From: Candidatus Babelota bacterium
GTDB taxonomy: Bacteria; Babelota; Babeliae; Babelales; JAUPTZ01
NCBI GenBank assembly: GCA_030917815.1
Contig: JAUPTZ010000010.1
Span: 78,605-142,604, forward strand
Length of the DNA: 64,000 nt
Reading direction: 5' to 3'
The notes under the pieces were generated by a model, which saw only the letters and a program-made list of their open reading frames with translations, was not told the origin of the DNA and searched no databases. Position 1 is the first letter of the stretch. Every line of letters starts with the position of its first letter. Made by a program: the position numbers and the translations under genes. Shown here in pieces: positions 55,847 through 64,000 of the stretch.

Positions 55847-57316
55847 ATGTACCAACTCATTCTCTACGTACTCTGTAGCTGCATTTTTATCCCAAATAAC
55901 ACACTCTTGGCCGCTGACTCAGAGTTTGACGTGGAAGAAACCACATCAGACTATGATCTAGAAAACATAAAGCTTCTCCCATTCAGCATCGGCCACTTCA
56001 AACAAGAAATACCTCTAGAAACCCAAAACAAAAAGGTTATTATTTCTTCGTATAAAGAATCTTCTGCAGTCAATGCAACTCCCTGCATTCATACCTATAT
56101 ATACCCTGACCAGATAAACGAAGATGATGCCAAAGCGCACAGCAGAAATCGCTGCAGAAGCGGCCGAGCTGATGGCGCCTCACATAATTGGATCGAACCG
56201 AATAAGCGGATCGAGCATACTTTCTATTCCTACTGGGTGCCCATTAGAATAACTGCGACCTTAACCGTCTTTCTCCCCCCTGAATACTCTTCTTCTATTC
56301 GCCCAGAGCTAAAAACAGTACGCTCGTCATTTCTTGGCACCTGGTGCACTACACCACCTAGAAAACCAGAGTCTGTTCAGACACTATTGAGACACATAAC
56401 TATCCCGGAACATCTGCTCGAAGAAGGTATTTACGCAATTATATGCTATGCGCTATTTGAAAGGAGTATATATATTCCTTATTCTAAAGACCTTTTCCAG
56501 CCCGATCTTATTCTAATGCCGGCACTGAGCGCAGAACTGTGTGCCGTGCTCTTCACGAACATAATCCCCAAAGCGGAATTAGAGACCTTATATGCCGATC
56601 AAGTGGAGAATATGGCCTATCTGATATATCAACACGCGGAACGAAATATTATTAACTTGAGGCTAGCATCAACGCTGCTATCACACATAGAAGGTGCACA
56701 TTCTTTAGACACAGCCGCCATTGGATTTAAAGACATTCGAAAAAAAGATGTAATCAAAACTTTTGAGAAAATAAAGATATTAATCGGAGAAGCTTTCAAC
56801 GAAGCTGACACAAAAATAATACCCGGCCTGTCTCCCTCGGTAGAAATATATAGTGCTGCACTAAGCATGCATCCTGGCATAAAAGAAATCCTAGAGACTC
56901 ATGCAAAAAGAGATCACTTACTCTACGAGCTATACATACTTACGCGAAATACCATTCTCTGTAAGAGCCAGGCCTGCTCAATAGATCGTGCGCTTGCCAT
57001 CTTAGACTTTTTAGCAAAGACCAAGACATCTGAAGAGAGAATAACACTATGGCTTCAAAAACGCGCCAATGATTTATGTGCGCGCATTCAAGGCTGCGGT
57101 GCATCAGTACCCACTCCAGCAGGCACTTCAACAGATGATTCCAGGGAACGTGATAGCCACTCTACCTTAGAGGTTTTGGATATTGATGAAGGAATGCAAT
57201 TTAGCCTAGCCTCATTGGATGATGGCACAATCAGAAGGCGATCGGCCCATCATCTCTCTCGTCACGGAAAATTTTCACCAATGATGCACAATAATCCACT
57301 ACTACCTAGACCCTAG
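55847..57316 (+). CDS. exported hypothetical protein (489 aa)
   Basis: ATG at 55847. 'MYQLILYVLCSCIFIPNNTLLAADS' is signal-like. Confidence 0.55.
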   Translation: MYQLILYVLCSCIFIPNNTLLAADSEFDVEETTSDYDLENIKLLPFSIGHFKQEIPLETQNKKVIISSYKESSAVNATPCIHTYIYPDQINEDDAKAHSRNRCRSGRADGASHNWIEPNKRIEHTFYSYWVPIRITATLTVFLPPEYSSSIRPELKTVRSSFLGTWCTTPPRKPESVQTLLRHITIPEHLLEEGIYAIICYALFERSIYIPYSKDLFQPDLILMPALSAELCAVLFTNIIPKAELETLYADQVENMAYLIYQHAERNIINLRLASTLLSHIEGAHSLDTAAIGFKDIRKKDVIKTFEKIKILIGEAFNEADTKIIPGLSPSVEIYSAALSMHPGIKEILETHAKRDHLLYELYILTRNTILCKSQACSIDRALAILDFLAKTKTSEERITLWLQKRANDLCARIQGCGASVPTPAGTSTDDSRERDSHSTLEVLDIDEGMQFSLASLDDGTIRRRSAHHLSRHGKFSPMMHNNPLLPRP

Positions 57317-58691
57317 AAAGCCCTCGCAAATCAACAATTGTGGCCGAAATATTATAGGGACTTCCTTTTAAGTGTGCTTTTGCGGCAAGGTACTTAGCAA
57401 TAGTAGCGTATGACTTTCCCTCGGTAATTTTTTCTTCTACAAATAACGCAACCTCGTCTCGTGACATCACGCTCCATAAGCCGGGTGATGCTATCACCGC
57501 AACGCGCCCCTTATTGCCCACTTTAATAACAAGAATATGAGCTCTGTCACCCTCACCAGAATCGTGAATAGTCGCATAAAACTCCTGCGTTGTTTTATCA
57601 TATAAAAGCAAAGCTGCTGAGCCGCAAAAGTCCATATGCTCATCTACATATCCCTGAACAGCATCTTTTAACGAAGCCTTACCCATCAGCTCCATCAATT
57701 CTTTGCTAAATTTTTGCGCTTTCTCTGCGATCAACGCTGCATCAGAATAAAAACCGCTTTTCTCATAATCACTATATATCACAAACAGCGCCCCCCGCTC
57801 GTCGTTGATAACGTCGCAATAGTCGGTCAAATCTGACCGACTACCCTGCAGGCACGCTACACCGGCAACACTTCCACACTCTGTTTCTTTTCGTTGCACG
57901 CTAAACATTTCTGGACGTGAAATTCCAATAAAACTGCGCTTAAGTGCCTTAAACATCATAGTTGTTTCTATAAATGGCAGCGCTTTGTCCAACTCATCAG
58001 AATTATTCATTAAAAGATAGTCGAGAAAAGCCTCTTTCTCACACTCAAACTCGGCGGAAGGCACAATAGCATTGGGATCGGCTTGAGCACCAAGAACTCG
58101 CCATCCATCACCGTCGTTCAGCAAGACATCTCCCTTATCTGAAACACCAATCGATTTCGTCTTGTCATCTTTCACCGCTGCCATAATAGTTGGTAAATCA
58201 ACTATTGACTGCAGCACCCGCGTAAGAATTTCCGCACCCGATTGCGACGTCTTTTTTACTATTTTCACCGGCGCATGAGTCACCGATGGAGAACTCACCA
58301 CTACAACTGGTACGCTAACGGGAACCACTTCATCATTCTCATCCTCAGCAGCCCTCTGAATAAGTGCCATATAATTCTTAATACAGTCATCTCGCGTTAA
58401 CCAAGCACCTAATAAGCCAATTAGCGTCATGCCAGCAGCTACGCCATCGGCTATTCTGGCAATCTTCCTTCGTTTTACATAACGCTCGATCACTTCTCGC
58501 GATGCTTGAGGCACAATCCATTTATCGCAATAAAAAATAATTCCGGTAGATGCAGCTACACCAACCGCACCAATAATGGCGAGTGTCGCATACGCAAGAT
58601 TTCTATCCCATGCCGGACGTACTTCACCAGCCTGCAACAAAATGCCTACCGCTAAGACCACCAGAAGGAGTCTTTTTTGTATCATAAACAT
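57306..58691 (-). CDS. membrane-anchored PP2C-like domain protein with degenerate metal-binding motifs
   Basis: N-terminal signal peptide or TM plus two more TM helices. The C-terminal '..GSRSD..INDERGALFVIYSDYEKSG..', 'VAVIASPGLWSVMSRDEV' and 'YNISATIVDL' parallel PP2C motifs, with DGxGG, SDG and DN replaced. Confidence 0.5.
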   Translation of the reverse strand: MFMIQKRLLLVVLAVGILLQAGEVRPAWDRNLAYATLAIIGAVGVAASTGIIFYCDKWIVPQASREVIERYVKRRKIARIADGVAAGMTLIGLLGAWLTRDDCIKNYMALIQRAAEDENDEVVPVSVPVVVVSSPSVTHAPVKIVKKTSQSGAEILTRVLQSIVDLPTIMAAVKDDKTKSIGVSDKGDVLLNDGDGWRVLGAQADPNAIVPSAEFECEKEAFLDYLLMNNSDELDKALPFIETTMMFKALKRSFIGISRPEMFSVQRKETECGSVAGVACLQGSRSDLTDYCDVINDERGALFVIYSDYEKSGFYSDAALIAEKAQKFSKELMELMGKASLKDAVQGYVDEHMDFCGSAALLLYDKTTQEFYATIHDSGEGDRAHILVIKVGNKGRVAVIASPGLWSVMSRDEVALFVEEKITEGKSYATIAKYLAAKAHLKGSPYNISATIVDLRGLSRV

Positions 58692-58785
58692 GTTCTCTTT
58701 TGCCGTTGATTTATACTTTCCATCCTAACAAAAGCACGCTATCTGCACGCAATGATACCAAGAAACCTGCCCGATAAGACGGTAG

Positions 58786-60309
58786 TCACCGCGATAGCGT
58801 ACGGAATGAAAGCGCTTCTTGAATATGAGCAACCTCAATCAGCTCACTCTCAACAAGGTCAGCAATAGTACGAGCAATTTTTAGAACCTTATGATATCCC
58901 CGCATACTCAGGCCAAGTCGATCAAAATTAACCGCCACCAGCGCGTGGGCAGCTGACGACAATCGACAAAATTCTACCACCTGTTTTCCCTGCAGTTGCC
59001 CATTAAGACAGCGTTGCCCTCGCGCAAACTGACGTTCTCGTGCTTTCATTGCAACGCAGGCCATTTCAACAGAATTAGGCCCTTCATGCTTTTTTTCAAT
59101 AATAACCTCTTCATACTGCACCGCTCGAACTGGCACATGCAGATCAATACGATCGAGCAAGGGACCAGAAAGTTTTCCAATGTACGACTGCACCTGCTGC
59201 GTACTGCAACGACAACGATCCTTATTCCCAAAGTAACCACAAGGGCACGGATTCATTGCTGCGATTAGTAAAAAAGAGGCCGGGAATGCAACCGCCCCTT
59301 GAGCACGCGAGATACGCACTTGCCCACTCTCCATTGGCTGACGTAGTACCTCGATTGTTGCCCGAGAAAACTCGGTAAGCTCATCTAAAAAGAGAATGCC
59401 GTGGTGAGCCAAACTTACTTCGCCGGGCCGCGGCACGCTACCACCACCGATCAACCCGGCCTGCGAGACCGTATGGTGAGGTGCACGTACCGGACGTCGT
59501 GTTATCAGGGAACGAGAATCAAGCATACCTGCCACCGAGTAGACTTTTGTAATGCCAATGACTTCTTCAAATGAAAGTGGTGGAAGCAGTGTACGAAAAC
59601 GCTGCGCCAACATGGTTTTTCCTGAGCCCGGTGGTCCTATCATAATCACATTATGATGTCCCGCTGCCGCAAGAAGTAATGCTCTTTTTGCAATCCACTG
59701 ACCAGCTACATCGGCAATGTCTTCCTGGGGTTCCTGCGCACAGGCCATCGAAAATTGTGCTTCAAATTGAGGCGGAGTCGCAACCAATAACTGTATACCA
59801 CGCACATGAGCAAGTAACTCAGTGACACTACTCACACCAATAACTTCAATTCCTTCCACCAATGCAGCTTCAGCAGCATTTTTTGACGGCACAATCAGCC
59901 GCCTCTTTCCTTGCGCGCGAATGTAATCGGCAATAGCAAGAACACCACAAACCGGGCGAATAGAACCATCAAGTGCAAGCTCACCTAAAAAAACAGTCTC
60001 TTCATAATAGATTTTGTTTGCCGGAATTTCCCCAGCGGCGAGCAATATCACCATCGAAATGGGCACATCAAAAAGCACATCCTGTTTTTTTATATTTGCT
60101 GGCGCTAAATTTACCGTAATAGAACGAACCGGAAATCCGTTGCCACTATTCTTAAGTGCCGCACGAATCCGTTCCTTACTTTCATTAATCGCTTTATCGG
60201 CCAATCCTACAATAGTAAACGATGCGAGACCCGCACTAAGATCGGCTTCAATTTCAATCAATTGAGCATCAACTCCAATGGTCGTAGCGCTATAGACGCG
60301 TGCATGCAT
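58786..60309 (-). CDS. comM: Mg-chelatase-like AAA+ protein YifB/ComM
   Basis: N-terminal Lon-protease-like region 'GVDAQLIEIEADLS..FTIVGLADKAINESKERIRAAL', Walker A 'GPPGSGKTMLA', and 'GILFLDELTEF'. Confidence 0.9.
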   Translation of the reverse strand: MHARVYSATTIGVDAQLIEIEADLSAGLASFTIVGLADKAINESKERIRAALKNSGNGFPVRSITVNLAPANIKKQDVLFDVPISMVILLAAGEIPANKIYYEETVFLGELALDGSIRPVCGVLAIADYIRAQGKRRLIVPSKNAAEAALVEGIEVIGVSSVTELLAHVRGIQLLVATPPQFEAQFSMACAQEPQEDIADVAGQWIAKRALLLAAAGHHNVIMIGPPGSGKTMLAQRFRTLLPPLSFEEVIGITKVYSVAGMLDSRSLITRRPVRAPHHTVSQAGLIGGGSVPRPGEVSLAHHGILFLDELTEFSRATIEVLRQPMESGQVRISRAQGAVAFPASFLLIAAMNPCPCGYFGNKDRCRCSTQQVQSYIGKLSGPLLDRIDLHVPVRAVQYEEVIIEKKHEGPNSVEMACVAMKARERQFARGQRCLNGQLQGKQVVEFCRLSSAAHALVAVNFDRLGLSMRGYHKVLKIARTIADLVESELIEVAHIQEALSFRTLSR

Positions 60310-60474
60310 AGCAAACCTTTCATCATACATTTTGTCAGGAGAGAGCCTCTAAACTTTAGCATGCAAAAAATAAAAAACAACGCTGCAGAGATAAATTATT
60401 AACATTATCGTTGCTATTTGAATCTCAGAACAATTAGAATCATACATGATGCACATGAGCTGCATCCTCTCCCG

Positions 60475-60490
60475 CTGACACATCTGTCAG
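60475..60490. promoter_or_regulatory. perfect 6-4-6 palindrome upstream of the small-secreted-protein cluster
   Basis: CTGACA-CATC-TGTCAG, about 45 nt upstream of the ATG at 60535. Confidence 0.25.
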
Positions 60491-60534
60491 ATCATTATTG
60501 TATTTACTGGTAACACTCTCTATAGGAGACATGT

Positions 60535-61146
60535 ATGAAATACATACACCTCATCGCAGCGCTTTGCGTTGCATCACCTGCATTAGGAGCACTTTCTTCA
60601 ACTACTGATGCGCATACAATTGCACAAACAATACATACGCATATGCACCATAATGTTGATCCACATTATTACACGCTACAAAAGAGCCTTAAGGCTGTTG
60701 CTAAAGACATTGCGGATGAGGCAAAGAAAAGCATGCGTGATGCTCAAAAAAAAGCACAGGCAGACTGTTCACTCGAGAAAAAAAGGCTGCAAGAGCTTTG
60801 TAATGAGCTAAAAAAAGCTCTTTTCAGCGATTATTTATCAATGCGCACGACACAAGAGAAGGCAGACCGCGAAGCCGGCGCCCTTCTGCACGTAGCGCAT
60901 AACAAAGCCCATCACCCGGCCCCAACCCTTGCCGCCCTGCTCAGCAATAGCTCCGACTACTTAGAGGTCCTTCTTGCTCAGGCAATACACATGGGAAACA
61001 AGGAAGCAACCACCAACCTAACGCAAGACAAGGAGTGGTTTACAAATCTTAAAAAAAGCAGTGCTAAAGCCGGCATTTCTTTAGACGAAAAGTTAATCAC
61101 TCCATCAAAAAAGGAGCCAAAGGCGATTCGGCATAAAAAAGCGTAA
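60535..61146 (+). CDS. exported hypothetical protein (203 aa)
   Basis: AGGAG RBS. 'MKYIHLIAALCVASPALGALSS' is signal-like. Confidence 0.55.
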   Translation: MKYIHLIAALCVASPALGALSSTTDAHTIAQTIHTHMHHNVDPHYYTLQKSLKAVAKDIADEAKKSMRDAQKKAQADCSLEKKRLQELCNELKKALFSDYLSMRTTQEKADREAGALLHVAHNKAHHPAPTLAALLSNSSDYLEVLLAQAIHMGNKEATTNLTQDKEWFTNLKKSSAKAGISLDEKLITPSKKEPKAIRHKKA

Positions 61147-61316
61147 TAAATAGTTCTGGAGCGGGCTTTGGGAAACCTTAGCCCGCCACTAAGTTATACA
61201 AATAGAATAAACCATTGCGCCCGGAAAGAGGACAGGATTATACTCGACAATAGCAAAAGTACCCTTGAACACAGGGTTTTTGTTGAGAAATCATGTACCA
61301 TAAAAGGAGCTCGCTC

Positions 61317-61775
61317 ATGAAACAACTTATTTTTTTATGTTTAGGCCTGTCACTAGCTGCATCGATCGGCCTACAAGCTGATGCTTACGATGACGCCGTA
61401 ACTGCGGTAAACAGCGCAATAAACAAGACCTCGGGACTAACACCAATGGTCGGACCCATCTCATACCCCATGGTAGCCCTATGGAAACAGTACTGTCTTG
61501 GAATATTGGCCGCATTTAACACCCTAAACAACCTGAAAACAAACTCAAGCAAGTCATATATAAAATCCCACTTTACCAGAAAAGCACCGAGCGGCCCTTT
61601 TCAATATCCAGATTTAACCAGTAAAGTCGTATACGGCATTATGAGCAACTCTGGTCCTTGTGGATCATGTGCCCTTACTAATGGTTGGGCTAATACGTAT
61701 TGGCAAAACTCGGCCATAAACGATTTTCTAACAACGTATCGGCTCATGCTCAATACCATAACCGCCACATATTAA
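61317..61775 (+). CDS. exported hypothetical protein (152 aa)
   Basis: An AAGGAG RBS lies 7 nt before the ATG at 61317. 'MKQLIFLCLGLSLAASIGLQADA' is signal-like. Confidence 0.55.
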   Translation: MKQLIFLCLGLSLAASIGLQADAYDDAVTAVNSAINKTSGLTPMVGPISYPMVALWKQYCLGILAAFNTLNNLKTNSSKSYIKSHFTRKAPSGPFQYPDLTSKVVYGIMSNSGPCGSCALTNGWANTYWQNSAINDFLTTYRLMLNTITATY

Positions 61776-61806
61776 TAGCAAAGAAAAACTCAGGAATGTA
61801 AGTCCC

Positions 61807-62253
61807 ATGAAAAACAGATTATTTATTGTTTTTTTGGCAACATTAGCAATCGCCAAGTCAACCTATGCAGCAACCACCGAAACTCCCAACGCAAGCACCG
61901 ATGTATCTACCGAAACATTGAGTGCTTCTTCAGGCAGCTCAAGTGATAACTCATCAGATGCCGTTGTGCCAGACAACAGTGGCACCGATGAACCATCTTC
62001 CGGTGATGATAGCTCATTAGCCCAGCAGACAGCCGATGCTCTAGCGGCACAGAAAGCAACTTCGCCTACAGATGCACCAATAGTAACCACCACCCCAACA
62101 GAAGTTGCTGCCAACGTATCGGAGACACCAGTAAGCCCTACCCAGAGCGGGAGCGATATCATCCCGTATGGGGCCGACAGTACATCTTCAGATGCCAATA
62201 GCTCACTTGATATGCAGCTTGCCGATGCTATGGCGAACTCATCAAAAAATTAA
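61807..62253 (+). CDS. exported Ser/Asp/Thr-rich low-complexity protein (148 aa)
   Basis: 'MKNRLFIVFLATLAIAKSTYA' is signal-like. The rest is acidic low complexity. Confidence 0.5.
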   Translation: MKNRLFIVFLATLAIAKSTYAATTETPNASTDVSTETLSASSGSSSDNSSDAVVPDNSGTDEPSSGDDSSLAQQTADALAAQKATSPTDAPIVTTTPTEVAANVSETPVSPTQSGSDIIPYGADSTSSDANSSLDMQLADAMANSSKN

Positions 62254-62283
62254 CATTGCCCACGAATACCAAGGAGAGTCCTT

Positions 62284-62724
62284 ATGAACCGTAAAATTCT
62301 ACTATTAACTGCGCTGCTTTCCGCATCACACATGGTGCTTGCCGAAGATCCAGCAACCATAACAACAAGCATTCCAGAAACAGACGAAGCTCCGGTGAGC
62401 GATGAGATAATAACAAGCATTCTAGAAACAGACGAAGCTCCGGTGAGCGATGAGATCCTAACCGACATGATGGAAAGCACCGATTCCTCATCGTTCGGTG
62501 ATGACCAAGGGTTAGATGATTTAAGTCAAGAAAAAATTGAGCAGCTTCTCGCCGAATTAGAACGAGAAAATCCAGGATTTATGGACCAACTAACGGCAGA
62601 AGCTAAGACTACAGAAGAATCAACCCCAGAGCAGTCAGTGGTAGAACAACCCACCGTTGACGAAGCTGATGAAGAAGAAGAGGACGAGACCGAAGAAGAA
62701 GGCGATTCAGTAATCAAAGAATAA
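62284..62724 (+). CDS. exported highly acidic protein with an internal 16-aa tandem repeat (146 aa)
   Basis: AAGGAG RBS. 'MNRKILLLTALLSASHMVLA' is signal-like. D/E-rich tail 'DEADEEEEDETEEEGD'. Confidence 0.5.
   Translation: MNRKILLLTALLSASHMVLAEDPATITTSIPETDEAPVSDEIITSILETDEAPVSDEILTDMMESTDSSSFGDDQGLDDLSQEKIEQLLAELERENPGFMDQLTAEAKTTEESTPEQSVVEQPTVDEADEEEEDETEEEGDSVIKE
62365..62460 (+). repeat. 2 x 48-bp tandem duplication inside the acidic protein gene
   Basis: Units 62365-62412 and 62413-62460 differ at only a few positions (TSIPETDEAPVSDEII / TSILETDEAPVSDEIL). Confidence 0.85.
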
Positions 62725-62754
62725 TAAGTAGAACGTAGTACACAAGGAGTTTTT

Positions 62755-63078
62755 ATGAAAAAAATGCTTTATTTTATCGGTATACTTTCGTTAGTAGCCA
62801 TGTCACCAATACATGCAGAAGGAGCCGATGAAGGCAGAACGCCACCAGTCGCAAGCGCCGATGATCAAAAGATTATAGACGACCAACTGACACCGCTTGC
62901 CAAGCAAATGGGCGACATTCTCAAAGCCACTCCCCTCACTTCAAAAGGTGGGAAATGGGCGCTCATGAAAATGCTGCAAGATCAAGGTGTTTTAAAAAAA
63001 TTCGGTGGCAAACATGGCGGAGCACACGGTGGTCACGGTCCTCATGGCGACAGCAGTGATACCGGCCACACAAGCTAA
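62755..63078 (+). CDS. exported protein with a His/Gly-rich C-terminal tail (107 aa)
   Basis: AAGGAG RBS. 'MKKMLYFIGILSLVAMSPIHA' is signal-like. The tail is 'GGKHGGAHGGHGPHGDSSDTGHTS'. Confidence 0.55.
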   Translation: MKKMLYFIGILSLVAMSPIHAEGADEGRTPPVASADDQKIIDDQLTPLAKQMGDILKATPLTSKGGKWALMKMLQDQGVLKKFGGKHGGAHGGHGPHGDSSDTGHTS

Positions 63079-63101
63079 AAAAATCGTCTTATTACCTTTA
63101 C

Positions 63102-63140
63102 AAAAGAAGGCCGGTGTTTTTATGACACCGGCCTTCTTTT
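63102..63140 (+). terminator. rho-independent terminator (A-run / 12-bp GC-rich stem / T-run)
   Basis: GAAGGCCGGTGT (63106-63117), a 7-nt loop, ACACCGGCCTTC (63125-63136), then TTTT. The flanking AAAA makes it potentially bidirectional. Confidence 0.8.
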
Positions 63141-63218
63141 GTTGCCTATGGCGATTCATTGACCTTTTTAGTGGTTTTGAGAAAGACTACCAAAAATCAT
63201 CGGCAACCAAGAGGTACA

Positions 63219-64000
63219 ATGAACACGCACACCATATTCACTCTTCTTCTTACTGCACTAACATTCTCCACATTAACTGCCGCTACTGATGATGTCGTAA
63301 TTACCGCACAAAAAGCAGGTTATACCGCTTTTCATGAGGCGGTAGTAGCAGCCGGCGTATACGAGCATGCTAAAAAAGATCCGGGCGAAAAAGGCTCACT
63401 TGCGCCATTTACTGTTTTCGTTCCGACCAACGAGGCATTTGATGGGATAAAAGATGTTGATGCAAAAAAGAAAAAAAAGCTTATTACCTTCCATGTAGTC
63501 CCGGGAAAAAAAATTGCAAAACCGGCTGACGACATGAAGAGCGGCGTCGGCACTGTTGGTGAACAACTTCTTTTTGCTGCTAATGATACGGTTTTTCTCG
63601 ACGACTCCGAAACAAAGGCGAAAATAACCAAAGGACCGATTGAAGCCCGAAATGGTGTGCTTTACGTAATTGATAAAGTACTCCTACCGGCCGGTGAAGG
63701 TACCCCCAAATCTGAAGAACCTAAGAAAGAAGAAGTTAAAAAAGAAGAAAAACATAAAGCCGAAGAGCCAAAGAAGGCAGAACCTGCACCGGTGGCACCG
63801 CTCATTGTTGCACCGGTACATACGGCAGATACTATGCCTATAACTGAGCGCACCGCCCAGGCTCTTACCGCAAGCGTCACACAACTTACTCAATCCATTC
63901 AGCTCTTAATTCATGTGATTCAACAAGCGCAAGCGGCTGAGCCGGTCTCCCAGCAAACTGCACCAATAAGCCCAATCCCTGCCGCAGTCCCTGCAGCCGG
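63219..64000 (+). CDS. exported fasciclin (FAS1) domain protein, 3'-partial (absent from the ORF track because it runs off the window)
   Basis: My own translation: a GAGG RBS, then 'MNTHTIFTLLLTALTFSTLTAA..'. 'FTVFVPTNEAFDGI', 'LITFHVVPGK' and 'NGVLYVIDKVLLP' follow, then a K/E/P-rich linker. No stop occurs before nt 64000. Confidence 0.8.
   Translation, partial: MNTHTIFTLLLTALTFSTLTAATDDVVITAQKAGYTAFHEAVVAAGVYEHAKKDPGEKGSLAPFTVFVPTNEAFDGIKDVDAKKKKKLITFHVVPGKKIAKPADDMKSGVGTVGEQLLFAANDTVFLDDSETKAKITKGPIEARNGVLYVIDKVLLPAGEGTPKSEEPKKEEVKKEEKHKAEEPKKAEPAPVAPLIVAPVHTADTMPITERTAQALTASVTQLTQSIQLLIHVIQQAQAAEPVSQQTAPISPIPAAVPAA

Noticed and set aside
60498-60526. A possible promoter TTGTAT-17-TATAGG upstream of the gene at 60535.
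   Set aside because: The -10 candidate overlaps the AGGAG ribosome-binding site. A transcript starting there would lack the RBS that otherwise fits perfectly. The evidence is too ambiguous to report as a feature.
63005-63893. Track ORFs 63005-63289 (+), 63332-63631 (-), 63662-63880 (-) and 63684-63893 (-).
   Set aside because: The first runs through a strong intrinsic terminator. The minus-strand ORFs are antisense to a clear fasciclin-domain frame (63219 to past 64000) that the track omits because it has no stop within the window.

Overview
This is a 64-kb window of a moderately AT-rich bacterial chromosome. All calls come from reading the sequence and the ORF translations by eye; no searches were run. 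I can support about 60 protein-coding genes and one tRNA-Leu(CAA). I found no rRNA, no CRISPR array, and no recognisable transposase, integrase or phage gene. Well-recognised housekeeping genes (holB 5'-partial, uppS, lspA, pheT, uvrB, pth, feoB, acpS, cdd, comM/yifB, comF, HIT, HAD, GNATs) are interleaved with large blocks of ORFs that carry N-terminal signal-peptide-like segments but no motif I recognise. Ankyrin-like repeats, many exported orphan proteins and unlinked pheT suggest a host-associated or intracellular lineage; this is inference only. Points worth a second look: (1) A nine-gene, about 14-kb co-directional cluster (35147-49289) encodes only exported, coiled-coil or beta-barrel-like orphan proteins. 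This is my best candidate for an undescribed envelope or surface system. (2) Five paralogous ABC_sub_bind-type solute-binding-protein genes (20668-27901) have no permease or ATPase partner and mostly lack signal peptides. (3) A G+C-rich, highly base-paired element of about 250 nt (53691-53941) fills the gap between convergent genes directly downstream of a solo HerA-like ATPase. A smaller G+C-rich hairpin module lies between tRNA-Leu and the HIT gene. (4) An exported 146-aa protein contains 28 cysteines. (5) Two copies of a conserved hairpin core lie in a 580-bp non-coding gap. (6) Three accessory genes are split by single-base frame changes, two of them at short homopolymers. (7) There are tandem membrane-anchored GNATs with CxxC motifs, an orphan G+C-rich PilC/GspF gene, and a cluster of small acidic or His-rich secreted proteins. 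Functions of the orphan proteins cannot be determined from sequence inspection alone.
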